A stretch of 64,000 bases of DNA from Eledone cirrhosa (lineage: Eukaryota): positions 7,858 to 71,857 of the forward strand of contig CAXHJY010000751.1 in NCBI GenBank assembly GCA_964016885.1. Direction: 5' to 3'. The notes beneath the pieces are model-generated. The model worked only from the letters and a program-made list of their open reading frames with translations, ran no database searches and was not told the DNA's origin. The first letter of the stretch is position 1. Each line of letters opens with the position of its first letter. Position numbers and translations under genes: made by a program. Positions 40,801-53,164 of the stretch are shown one piece after another.

Positions 40801-43800
40801 GTGTCTGTGGTGGAGGTGATGGTAGTTGTGTCTGTGGTGGAGGTGATGGTAGTTGTGTCTGTGGTGGAGGTGATGGTAGTTGTGTGCTGTGGTGGAGGTG
40901 ATGGTAGTTGTGTCTGTGGTGGAGGGTGATGGTAGTTGTGTGTGTGGTGGAGGTGATGGTAGTTGTGTCTGTGGTGGAGGTGATGGTAGATGTGTCTGTG
41001 GTGGAGGTGATGGTAGTTGTGTGTGTGGTGGAGGTGATGGTAGTTGTGTCTGTGGTGGAGGTGATGGTAGATGTGTCTGTGGTGGAGGTGATGGTAGTTG
41101 TGTGTGTGGTGGAGGTGATGGTAGTTGTGTCTGTGGTGGAGGTGATGGTAGTTGTGTCTGTGGTGTGGAGGTGATGGTAGTTGTGTCTGTGGTGGTGGTG
41201 ATGGTAGTTGTGTCTGTGGTGGAGGTGATGGTAGTTGTGTCTGTGGTGGTGGAGGTGATGGTAGTTGTGTGTGTGGTGGAGGTGATGGTAGTTGTGTCTG
41301 TGGTGGTGGAGGTGATGGTAGGTGTGTGTGTGGTGGAGGTGATGGTAGTTGTGTCTGTGGTGGTGGTGATGGTAGTTGTGTCTGTGGTGGAGGTGATGGT
41401 AGTTGTGTCTGTGGTGGTGGAGGTGATGGTAGTTGTGTCTGTGGTGGAGGTGATGGTAGTTGTGTCTGTGGTGGAGGTGATGGTAGTTGTGTCTGTGGTG
41501 GAGGTGATGGTAGTTGTGTCTGTGGTGGTGGAGGTGATGGTAGTTGTGTCTGTGGTGGTGGAGGTGATGGTAGTTGTGTCTGTGGTGGAGGTGATGGTAG
41601 TTGTGTCTGTGGTGGTGGAGGTGATGGGTAGTTGTGTCTGTGGTGGAGGTGATGGTAGTTGTGTCTGTGGTGGAGGTGATGGTGTAGTTGTGTCTGTGGT
41701 GGAAGTGATGGTAGTTGTGTCTGTGGTGGGCAGTGATGGTAGTTGTGTCTGTGGTGGAGGTGATGGTAGTTGTGTCTGTGGTGGAGGTGATGGTAGTTGT
41801 GTCTGTGGTGGAGCTGATGGTGGTAGTTGTGTCTGTGGTGGAAGTGATGGTAGTTGTGTCTGTGGTGGAGGTGATGGTAGTTGTGTCTGTGGTGGAGGAG
41901 GTGATGGTAGTTGTGTCTGTGGTGGAGGTGATGGTAGTTGTGTCTGTGGTGGAGGTGATGGTAGTTGTGTCTGTGGTGGTGGAGGTGATGGTAGTTGTGT
42001 CTGTGGTGGAGGTGATGGTAGTTGTGTCTGTGGTGGTGGAGGTGATGGTAGTTGTGTCTGTGGTGGAGGTGATGGTAGTTGTGTCTGTGGTGGAGGTGAT
42101 GGTAGTTGTGTCTGTGGGTGGAGGTGATGGTAGTTGTGTCTGTGGGTCGGAGGTGATGGTAGTTGTGTCTGTGGTGGTGGAGGTGATGGTAGTTGTGTCT
42201 GTGGTGGAGGTGATGGTATTGTGTCTGTGGTGGAGGTGATGGTAGTTGTGTCTGTGGTGGTGGAGGTGATGGTAGTTGTGTCTGTGGTGGAGGTGATGGT
42301 AGTTGTGTCTGTGGTGGTGAGGTGATGGTAGTTGTGTCTGTGGTGGAGGTGATGGTAGTTGTGTCTGTGGTGGAGTTGATGGTAGTTGTGTCCTGTGGTG
42401 GTGGTGATGGTAGTTGTGTCTGTGGTGGTGAGGTGATGGTAGTTGTGTCTGTGGTGGTGGAGGTGATGGTAGTTGTGTCTGTGGTGGAGGTGATGGTAGT
42501 TGTGTCTGTGGTGGTGGAGGTGATGGTAGTTGTGTGTGTGGTGGAGGTGATTGGGTAGTTGTGTCTGTGGTGGAGGTGATGGTAGTTGTGTCTGTGGTGG
42601 AGGTGATGGTGGTAGTTGTGTCTGTGGTGGAAGTGATGGTAGTTGTGTCTGTGGTGGAAGTGATGGTAGTTGTGTCTGTGGTGGAGGTGATGGTAGTTGT
42701 GTCTGTGGTGGAGGTGATGGTAGTTGTGTCTGTGGTGGAGGTGATGGTAGTTGTGTCTGTGGTGGAGGTGATGGTAGTTGTGTCTGTGGTGGAGGTGATG
42801 GTAGTTGTGTCTGTGGTGGTGGAGGTGATGGTAGTTGTGTCTGTGGTGGTGGAGGTGATGGTAGTTGTGTCTGTGGTGGAGGTGATGGTAGTTGTGTCTG
42901 TGGTGGTGGAGGTGATGGTAGTTGTGTGTGTGGTGGAGGGTGATGGTAGTTGTGTCTGTGGTGGAGGTGATGGTAGTTGTGTCTGTGGTGGAGGTGATGG
43001 TGGTAGTTGTGTCTGTGGTGGAAGTGATGGTAGTTGTGGTCTGTGGTGGAAGTGATGGTAGTTGTGTCTGTGGTGGAGGTGATGGTAGTTGTGTCTGTGG
43101 TGGAGGTGATGGTAGTTGTGTCTGTGGTGGAGGTGATGGTGGTAGTTGTGTCTGTGGTGGAAGTGATGGTAGTTGTGTCTGTGGTGGAGGTGATGGTAGT
43201 TGTGTCTGTGGTTGTGGAGGTGATGGTAGTTGTGTCTGTGGTGGAGGTGATGGTAGTTGTGTCTGTGGTGGAGGTGATGGTAGTTGTGTCTGTGGTGGAG
43301 GTGATGGTAGTTGTGTCTGTGGTGGTGGTGATGGTAGTTGTGTCTGTGGTGGAGGTGATGGTAGTTGTGTCTGTGGTGGAGGTGATGGTAGTTATGTCTG
43401 TGGTGGAGGTGATGGTAGTTGTGTCTGTGGTGGAGGTGATGGTAGTTGTGTCTGTGGTGGTGGAGGTGATGGTAGTTGTGTCTGTGGTGGTGGTGATGGT
43501 AGTTGTGTCTGTGGTGGAGGTGATGGTAGTTGTGTCTGTGGTGGTGGAGGTGATGGTAGTTGTGTGTGTGGTGGAGGTGATGGTAGTTGTGTATGTGGTG
43601 GAGGTGATGGTAGTTGTGTCTGTGGTGGAGGTGATGGTAGTTGTGTCTGTGGTGGTGGAGGTGATGGTAGGTGTGTGTGTGGTGGAGGTGATGGTAGTTG
43701 TGTCTGTGGTGGAGGTGATGGTAGTTGTGTCTGTGGTGGAGGTGATGGTAGTTGTGTCTGTGGTGGTGGAGGTGATGGTAGTTGTGTCTGTGGTGGAGGT

Positions 43801-46410
43801 GATGGTAGTTGTGTCTGTGGTGGAGGTGATGGTAGTTGTGTCTGTGGTGGAGGTGATGGTAGTTGTGTCTGTGGTGGTGGAGGTGATGGTAGGTGTGTGT
43901 GTGGTGGAGGTGATGGTAGTTGTGTCTGTGGTGGTGGTGATGGTAGTTGTGTCTGTGGTGGAGGTGATGGTAGTTGTGTCTGTGGTGGAGGTGATGGTAG
44001 TTGTGTCTGTGGTGGTGGTGGTGATGGTAGTTGTGTCTGTGGTGGAGGTGATGGTAGTTGTGTCTGTGGTGGAGGTGATGGTAGTTGTGTCTGTGGTGGT
44101 GGAGGTGATGGTAGTTGTGTCTGTGGTGGAGGTGATGGTAGTTGTGTCTGTGGTGGAGGTGATGGTAGTTGTGTCTGTGGTGGAGGTGATGGTAGTTGTG
44201 TCTGTTGTGGAGGTGATGGTAGTTGTGTGTGTGGTGGAGGTGATGGTAGTTGTGTCTGTGGTGGAGGTGATGGTAGTTGTGTGTGTGGTGGAGGTGATGG
44301 TAGTTGTGTCTGTGGTGGAGGTGATGGTAGATGTGTCTGTGGTGGAGGTGATGGTAGTTGTGTGTGTGGTGGAGGTGATGGTAGTTGTGTCTGTGGTGGA
44401 GGTGATGGTAGATGTGTCTGTGGTGGAGGTGATGGTAGTTGTGTGTGTGGTGGAGGTGATGGTAGTTGTGTCTGTGGTGGAGGTGATGGTAGTTGTGTCT
44501 GTGGTGGTGGAGGTGATGGTAGTTGTGTCTGTGGTGGTGGTGATGGTAGTTGTGTCTGTGGTGGAGGTGATGGTAGTTGTGTCTGTGGTGGTGGAGGTGA
44601 TGGTAGTTGTGTGTGTGGTGGAGGTGATGGTAGTTGTGTCTGTGGTGGTGGAGGTGATGGTAGGTGTGTGTGTGGTGGAGGTGATGGTAGTTGTGTCTGT
44701 GGTGGTGGTGATGGTAGTTGTGTCTGTGGTGGAGGTGATGGTAGTTGTGTCTGTGGTGGAGGTGATGGTAGTTGTGTCTGTGGTGGAGGTGATGGTAGTT
44801 GTGTCTGTGGTGGAGGTGATGGTAGTTGTGTCTGTGGTGGAGGTGATGGTAGTTGTGTCTGTGGTGGTGGAGGTGATGGTAGTTGTGTCTGTGTGGTGGA
44901 GGTGATGGTAGTTGTGTCTGTGGTGGAGGTGATGGTAGTTGTGTCTGTGGTGGTGGAGGTGATGGTAGTTGTGTCTGTGGTGGAGGTGATGGTAGTTGTG
45001 TCTGTGGTGGAGGTGATGGTGGTAGTTGTGTCTGTGGTGGAAGTGATGTAGTTGTGTCTGTGGTGGAGGTGATGGTAGTTGTGTCTGTGGTGGAGGTGAT
45101 GGTGGTAGTTGTGTCTGTGGTGGAAGTGATGGTAGTTGTGTCTGTGGTGGAAGTGATGGTAGTTGTGTCTGTGGTGGAGGTGATGGTAGTTGTGTCTGTG
45201 GTGGAGGTGATGGTAGTTGTGTCTGTGGTGGAGGTGATGGTGGTAGTTGTGTCTGTGGTGGAAGTGATGGTAGTTGTGTCTGTGGTGGAGGTGATGGTAG
45301 TTGTGTCTGTGGTGGTGGAGGTGATGGTAGTTGTGTCTGTGGTGGAGGTGATGGTAGTTGTGTCTGTGGTGGAGGTGATGGTAGTTGTGTCTGTGGTGGT
45401 GGAGGTGATGGTAGTTGTGTCTGTGGTGGAGGTGATGGTAGTTGTGTCTGTGGTGGTGGAGGTGATGGTAGTTGTGTCTGTGGTGGAGGTGATGGTAGTT
45501 GTGTCTGTGGTGGAGGTGATGGTAGTTGTGTCTGTGGTGGTGGAGGTGATGGTAGTTGTGTCTGTGGTGGAGGTGATGGTAGTTGTGTCTGTGGTGGTGG
45601 AGGTGATGGTAGTTGTGTCTGTGGTGGAGGTGATGGTAGTTGTGTCTGTGGTGGAGGTGATGGTAGTTGTGTCTGTGGTGGTGGAGGTGATGGTAGTTGT
45701 GTCTGTGGTGGAGGTGATGGTAGTTGTGTCTGTGGTGGTGGAGGTGATGGTAGTTGTGTCTGTGGTGGAGGTGATGGTAGTTGTGTCTGTGGTGGAGGTG
45801 ATGGTAGTTGTGTCTGTGGTGGAGGTGATGGTAGTTGTGTCTGTGGTGGAGGTGATGGTAGTTGTGTCTGTGGTGGAGGTGATGGTAGTTGTGTCTGTGG
45901 TGGTGGAGGTGATGGTAGTTGTGTCTGTGGTGGAGGTGATGGTAGTTGTGTCTGTGGTGGAGGTGATGGTAGTTGTGTCTGTGGTGGAGGTGATGGTAGT
46001 TGTGTCTGTGGTGGAGGTGATGGTAGTTGTGTGTGTGGTGGAGGTGATGGTAGTTGTGTCTGTGGTGGAGGTGATGGTAGTTGTGTCTGTGGTGGAGGTG
46101 ATGGTAGTTGTGTCTGTGGTGGAGGTGATGGTAGTTGTGTCTGTGGTGGAGGTGATGGTAGTTGTGTCTGTGGTGGAGGTGATGGTAGTTGTGTCTGTGG
46201 TGGTGGAGGTGATGGTAGTTGTGTCTGTGGTGGAGGTGATGGTAGTTGTGTCTGTGGTGGAGGTGATGGTAGTTGTGTCTGTGGTGGAGGTGATGGTAGT
46301 TGTGTCTGTGGTGGAGGTGATGGTAGTTGTGTCTGTGGTGGTGGTGATGGTAGTTGTGTCTGTGGTGGAGGTGATGGTAGTTGTGTCTGTGGTGGAGGTG
46401 ATGGTAGTTG
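25855..46410. repeat. ~20.5-kb minisatellite, 27-bp unit GGAGGTGATGGTAGTTGTGTCTGTGGT with 30-bp (+GGT) variants
   Basis: Roughly 700+ highly homogeneous units; variant domains and higher-order duplications. Confidence 0.98.
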
Positions 46411-46735
46411 ATACCAAACTCTGCCTGAAACCACGTTACAAAACTGTATATTTATCTAAAAACATTCCATCATAATTTTATGTAAAAACCTTTGTTAAGT
46501 TATGTTCCAAACATTAGCTTAATCCTTTTGATGCCAAACCGTCCGAAACCACCCCTGCTTTTACGATACAAAACTGTTTGTTTTAAAGTGTTTATATTTA
46601 TCTACAATCATTTCAACATAATTTTATGTAAGAACTTTTGTTAAGTTATGTTCCAAACACCAGCTTAGCTCATTTAATACCAAACTACCCGAAACCACCC
46701 CTGTTTTTACGATAGAAAACTGTTTATTTTAAAGT
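46409..46735 (+). repeat. Tandem ~145-bp diverged repeats, probably fragments of a TTAA/piggyBac-type MITE
   Basis: ATAATTTTATGTAA..GTTAAGTTATGTTCCAAACA and CCGAAACCACCCCTG..TTACGATA each occur twice; TTAATCCTTTTGAT start; related piece inverted at ~60785. Confidence 0.6.
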
Positions 46736-46914
46736 ATGGGGCGATGTACAAAGACACACACACACACGTATATATATATATATATATTTTTTATTTTGAT
46801 CATGCTTTTATTTTTATTTTTATTTTCATTTCCACCGTTTCCTCCCACCCCCTTTTTGCTATATGTCTCTCCACCACTCCCCTACACATCCCTTGAACTC
46901 TCTTCCCACACACT

Positions 46915-46952
46915 TTTCACCTGAAGAAGGGCTTATGCCCGAAACGTCGTTC
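46915..46952 (+). ncRNA. Minimal hammerhead motif (Penelope-type end)
   Basis: CTGAAGA-a-gggc(ttat)gccc-GAAACGTC; stem I only 2 bp; pyrimidine-rich leader. Confidence 0.6.
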
Positions 46953-47037
46953 CCCACCACCACCCCACTCCCAAGAGCATGAAATTAATAAACATTCGTT
47001 GTACTGCCTCTCTGTTTTGTTCCTGTTAAAATTTTCC

Positions 47038-47075
<38 letters not shown>

Positions 47076-47117
47076 AGAAAAAAAGAGAATCAGTGTTGCG
47101 ACGAATGGAATTTATTG

Positions 47118-47213
47118 GACATATTACAATCGTTTCTCTGGCGACCAGCTCGAGGCACGATGGATGTGATGGTCGAACTTGACTCTGAAAATTGCAAGGT
47201 CCTCATATACGTC
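47118..47213 (-). ncRNA. Degenerate type I hammerhead with extended stem II
   Basis: Minus strand: gacgtat-ATGAGGA-[63 nt containing cgacca/tggtcg]-GAAA-cgattg-TA-atatgtc, then AATAAA; C3 mutated. Confidence 0.55.
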
Positions 47214-47362
47214 TTGATTCTACGAAGCAGATTTTCCCATGAGAGCATCGAGTGCTCATACGGCCTACCGCATATGGACACTTTAAGCATCCAACACCAA
47301 TTATATATATATATATATATACATGTTTCGACATTCCTTATGCTCCGATGATTCCAGACTTC

Positions 47363-47440
<78 letters not shown>

Positions 47441-47535
47441 GTAGAACACTGGAAGGTAATATCCGTAGTGATAGAGCACTCAGTCCATGGGACGAGTTAA
47501 GTAGAAGTGGTTACACAACAGTTAGTTCACCATAC

Positions 47536-47573
47536 CGAGAACAATTGTTTCACCTTAGCGGATCCTCAGCTCG
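47536..47573 (-). ncRNA. Minimal type I hammerhead ribozyme
   Basis: Minus strand: cgag-CTGAGGA-tcc(gctaa)ggt-GAAA-caattg-TT-ctcg; palindromic loop III. Confidence 0.68.
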
Positions 47574-47585
47574 TAATGCATTACG

Positions 47586-47663
<78 letters not shown>

Positions 47664-47825
47664 CTACCAAAATGTACGGTAGTGTCCAATCCGTATGAAG
47701 AACTCAATGTAATCCGAATATCATGAAAAGAGAATATGTATTCAAAACTTTTTTTCGATGAAGAATACAGGAAAACAGAGTCAAGATAAATTAATAAAAA
47801 TAATGAATAAACAAAGAAACAGTTC

Positions 47826-47876
<51 letters not shown>

Positions 47877-47879
<3 letters not shown>

Positions 47880-48763
47880 GGAGTATCGCTTAAGGCTTTC
47901 TCTGTTTATGTATTGAATATATACTCTTAGGAGCATGATGTGGATTCCAGATGTAAGGTATGACTCTCTTTATTATTATTATTTTTTATATGAAATACTG
48001 ATTGACCTTATATCCCGTGTCTGATTTAGCCTTAGACAATAGCTATGTGTATATATGCGTGATCCATACATATATTTATTATGTTTTAATATCTCTGTGT
48101 GTGAATTAGTTGTGTATACATGTTGTTATTCTTTTAAATTTCCAATTAAGTTCTTATACACGTGGTTAATACCTAACAGGTTTAATTAACCAGCGTGTAT
48201 ATTGTTTTATTTTAAGATGACCTCCGTTTACCCTTTTGGGGGCAGCGTGTATTTTTTCTTTGAGAGGACTGCTGGATTCTAATCTACCAGTCTCTTCTTA
48301 GCGCTGAGGGAGACCATCGCCATTCTGTTAATGTCGATATAATTCTTATATCGTTATTGACTGGGCATCCACTGATGAGTTTATAAGAGCCCGCTTGTGT
48401 ATAAAACTATGGATTATATACAAGTTTCTACATAACCTGGAAATTATTTATCCCAAATTGTAGAAATCTTATAACGAAACGGCCGTCTGGAAGAAATGAC
48501 ATATTTATTTAATAATGTCTCATATAAAATAATACAACCAATTATCCACGAAATACTGATTAGTTAGCACCCCAAACACTAAATTGGGATAATACTTAAG
48601 TATATCCTAATGTTTGTTGAGTGAGATGAAGTTGGTCGGAGTATCGCTTAAGGCTTTCTCTGTTTATGTATTGAATTATATATATACACTTACGGTAAAT
48701 ATCGATGCAATTCAATTGAATTGCATCGATATTTACCGTAAGTATATATATATAATTCAATAC
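47877..48763 (+). mobile_element. Retrozyme/Penelope-like non-coding unit bounded by ~42-bp direct repeats and ending in a 96-bp palindrome
   Basis: GTCGGAGTATCGCTTAAGGCTTTCTCTGTTTATGTATTGAAT at ~47878 and ~48635; internal hammerhead; no ORF; abuts (TA)n. Confidence 0.65.
48368..48491 (+). ncRNA. Type I hammerhead ribozyme with a 97-nt branched stem II
   Basis: tcca-CTGATGA-gtttataaga[two hairpins]tcttataac-GAAA-cggccg-TC-tgga; predicted cut after GUC at 48487. Confidence 0.8.
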
Positions 48764-48803
48764 TCTACGTACTTTTTTCAACAATGGAATGACGGAGCAT
48801 ATT

Positions 48804-48963
48804 TAGAATAAGAAAATGCGAAGTAGTAGATCTAAAAGTCCTTTATTGATAAGGCTGTGATACACACTTCAATGATGACAGTGGCCACGTGATTCCACGT
48901 AACTAGTGGCATGATCTCATCAGAATGAAGCTGTCTGAAACTACTTCACATTTTCTTATTCTA
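48804..48963 (-). mobile_element. Fold-back mini-element (24-bp inverted arms) enclosing a degenerate hammerhead
   Basis: TAGAATAAGAAAATGCGAAGTAGT / ACTACTTCACATTTTCTTATTCTA; minus strand CTGATGA...GAAG-tgtgta-TC. Confidence 0.5.
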
Positions 48964-48993
48964 CATAAAAACATATAGATACATAGATACATA

Positions 48994-49539
48994 ATGGCTG
49001 CCCTTTCGTTATCGAGTATAGGTATTGCACGATATACCTTTATTAATACGCACAGGCATTGCCCGATAGAATTAATTAATTGTTTCTACGTTAGGCACAA
49101 GGCCATCAATTACCCAGTGTATTACTGGTACTTTATTTTATCCCTACGGGGTCGATAAAATAAAGTACCAGTAATACACTGGCTAAATGCTGGCCTTGTG
49201 CCTAACGTAGAAACAATTAATTAATTCTATCGTGCAATGCCTGTGCGTGAAGATATTTTTTAAAGTGAGGAAAGACTGTGCACTGAGCCAATCCCACTCT
49301 CTGAGCGACAGTAGCTATAACCCGAAAAGAAGAAAAGATGAACATCATCGGTAACTACTGAGCCGCAGGTTTTATATCGGAGTTATCCCAGTTTCCTGAG
49401 TTGTCTTCTCCTAGAAGAATGCCCTGACAAGGGCTAGGGGTCCTTCACTCCCAGTGGTTTAACCGCGCGGTTCATGTGTGTATACATATTTACACACTTT
49501 CGGATGGCCGTTGACTCTCATGAGTTCTTCCGCCCTTTG
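48994..49539 (-). mobile_element. Non-autonomous bipartite RTE-derived element containing a SINE-derived fold-back
   Basis: Aligns with 21819-22298; carries an extra inverted duplication at 49048-49248. Confidence 0.82.
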
Positions 49540-51003
49540 CATACATACATACATAATACATACATACATACATACATAATACATACATACATACATACGT
49601 ACATACATACGTACATACATAATACATACATACATACGTACATACATACGTACATACATAATACATACATACATACGTACATACATACATACATACATAC
49701 ATACGTACATACACACATACATACGTACATACATAATACATACATACATACGTACATACATACATACATACGTACATACATACATACGTACATTCATACA
49801 TGCATACATACATACATACATACATACATACATACATACGTACATACATACGTACATACATACGTACATACATAATACATACATACATACGTACATACAT
49901 AATACATACATACATACATACGTACATACACACATACATACGTACATACATACATACGTACATACATAATACATACATACATACGTACATACATACATAC
50001 ATACGTACATACATACATACGTACATTCATACATACATACATACATACATACATACGTACATACATACGTACATACATACGTACATACATACATACATAC
50101 ATACATACGTACATACATACGTACATACATACGTACATACATACATACATACATACGTACGTACATACATACATACATACATACATACATACGTACATAC
50201 ATACATACATACATACATACGTACATACATACATACGTACGTACATACATACATACATACATACGTACATACATACGTACGTACATACATACATACATAC
50301 ATACGTACATACGTACGTACGTACATACATACATACATACATACATACATACATACATACATACATACGTACATACATACATACGTACGTACGTACATAC
50401 ATACGTACGTACATACATACATACATACGTACATACATACATACATACATACATACGTACATACATACGTACATACATACATACGTACATACATACATAC
50501 ATACATACATACGTACGTACATACATACATACATACATACATACATACGTACGTACATACATAATACATACATACATACACACATACATACATACATACG
50601 TACATACATACGTACATACATAATACATACATACATACGTACATACATAATACATACATACATACGTACATACATACGTACATACATACGTACATACATA
50701 ATACATACATACATACATACATACATACGTACGTACGTACATACATACATACATACATACATACATACATACATACATACATACATACGTACGTACATAC
50801 ATACATACATACATACATACGTACGTACGTACATACATACATACATACATACGTACATACATACATACATACATACATACATACATACATACATACATAC
50901 GTACATACATACATACATACATACATACATACATACATACATACATACATACGTACATACATACATACATACATACATACATACGTACATACATATGTAC
51001 ATA
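49540..51003. repeat. (TACA)n/(TACG)n tetranucleotide array
   Basis: Direct inspection. Confidence 0.97.
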
Positions 51004-51139
51004 CAGACAGACAGGAGTTTTATTAAGGAAACAAGGTGAGCCGTTAATTAGATATAAAATGTTATTTTAATAACTGGTTTACAGATAACCCGGATGTGAA
51101 GTACGATGTGTTTTGGTGTTGGTGGTATCATTAGTGAAA

Positions 51140-51154
51140 CTAGTAGTAGTGGCT

Positions 51155-51188
<34 letters not shown>

Positions 51189-51537
51189 GGACAGTAGTAA
51201 TAGTAATAATAGCAGTGGTAGTGGTGGTGGTGGCAGTAGAAATAGTAATATTGGTAGTGGTAGTAGTAGTGGTGGTGGTGGTAGTAGTAGTAATAGTGGT
51301 GGTAGCAGTAGTAATAATAGTAGTGGCGGTAGTAGTAGTGGTCCTGGAAGTAGTAGTAATAGTGATAGTGGTGGTAGTATCAATAGTAATGGTGGTTGTA
51401 GTAGTTATAGTAGTAGTAGTGGTAGTAGTGCTAGTAGTAGTAGTAGCAGTAGTAATAGTAGTAGTACTACTACTACTAGTAGCAGTAGTAGTGGTAGTAA
51501 TAGTGGTAGTGGTAGTAGTAGTAGTAGTAGTAGTAAC
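51140..51537. repeat. (AGT/GGT)n degenerate trinucleotide tract
   Basis: Direct inspection. Confidence 0.92.
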
Positions 51538-51837
51538 ATTTTCGCTCCGACATAGCTGCATACATAGAAGAAGGTAAACGTTGAATATCTAATGATATAC
51601 GGTATGTTGAAGAATAAACATTTGGAAAGCCTTCTAGTTATGAATATTGAAAGGCTGACTGTTAGCGCCGTCTAGCGGATTCTAGCAGAAGCAGCGGGGA
51701 ACAACTGTCAATGTACATTTCTGGGTCTGGTCATCATTAGGACAGTGAGTCCCCTGCTCCCTGCTGGGACATGCGAAAATATAGAATTTTTTTTCGCCTA
51801 TGTAAAACCACCACCACCACCACACCACCACCATTTC

Positions 51838-52545
51838 AGTGGTGGTAGTGGTAGTTATAGTAGGAGTAGTGGTGGTTGTGGTGGTAATGGTGGTAGTGGT
51901 GGTAGTGGTAGTTATAGTAGGAGTAGTGGTGGTTGTGGTGGTAATGGTGGTAGTGGTGGTAATGGTGGTAGTGGTGGTAATGGTGGTAGTGGTAGTTATA
52001 GTAGGAGTAGTGGTGGTTGTGGTGGTAGTGGTGGTAGTGGTGGTAATGGTGGTAGTGGTAGTTATAGTAGGAGTAGTGGTGGTTGTGGTGGTAATGGTGG
52101 TAGTGGTGGTAATGGTGGTAGTGGTAGGAGTAGTAGGAGTAGTAGGAGTAGTGGTAATGGTGGTAGTGGTAGTTATAGTAGGAGTAGTGGTGGTTGTGGT
52201 GGTAATGGTGGTAGTAGTGGTAGTTATAGTAGTAGTGGTGGTTGTGGTGGTAGTGGTGGTAATGGTGGTAGTGGTGGTAATGGTGGTAGTGGTAGTTATA
52301 GTAGGAGTGGTGGTAATGGTGGTAGTGGTGGTAATGGTGGTAGTGGTAGTTATAGTAGGAGTGGTGGTAGTGGTGGTAGTGGTAGTTATAGTAGGAGTAG
52401 TGGTGGTGGTGGTAGTGGTGGTTATAGTAGGAGTGGTGGTAGTGGTGGTAGTGGTAGTTATAGTAGGAGTAGTGGTAATGGTGGTAGTGGTGGTAGTGGT
52501 GGTAGTGGTAGTTATAGTAGGAGTAGTGGTGGTGGTAGTGGTGTT
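51838..52545. repeat. GGT/AGT minisatellite with AGTTATAGTAGGAGT anchors
   Basis: Direct inspection. Confidence 0.9.
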
Positions 52546-52905
52546 ATATAATGCTCAATTTCTCTGCAGAAGTAACTACTGAGTAAATATTCTGAGTCAC
52601 ATGACCTACTATAATATAGACATGGATGGCAGTGTATCTACAGAAACACGTGTAAGACATAAGGCGATGTATCTTCATCTATGTTGTTTCGTAACTTTAT
52701 ATACCTATTAGACCACCCATTATCCCGTTGGGCCACGTTCACTTCAAAATATAAAAAAAAAAAATCAGGTTCACTAAAAAATAATGTTTAAATAATTAAA
52801 ATAAACACAGACATCTAAACTATAATAAAGGAAGTCTGCGGGACTGCGTACGGTTTAATTTTTTTTTATCCTGTTTGTAAAATAAGTTGGATTACTTTGA
52901 ATAAA

Positions 52906-52995
52906 TAATTGTTTCTACTTTAGGCACAAGGCCAGCAATTACACAGTGCATTACTGGTACTTTATTTTATCGACCCCATAAGGATGAAAGGCAAA
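52906..52995 (-). mobile_element. SINE family 1, 3' part
   Basis: Reverse complement of the SINE core and tail. Confidence 0.82.
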
Positions 52996-53164
52996 AATGA
53001 ATGAATATTACATAATTTATCTACTAAATTTCGTGGCTGTTCATTAAATATATTTTGTTTATTTAAAGATTCACTTCTTTAACATTTATGAAATGTCAAC
53101 ACTTCCGGTTGGCGATCGCTTAAATAAACACTAATTTTCCGTCACTAATTTTCTCCTAATGCAG

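Noticed and set aside
25785-46475. Giant Gly/Cys-rich, Val-rich or His-rich proteins
   Set aside because: Several frames are open at once because of the unit composition; no start context or unique domains; a stop occurs at 32352 in the Gly/Cys frame
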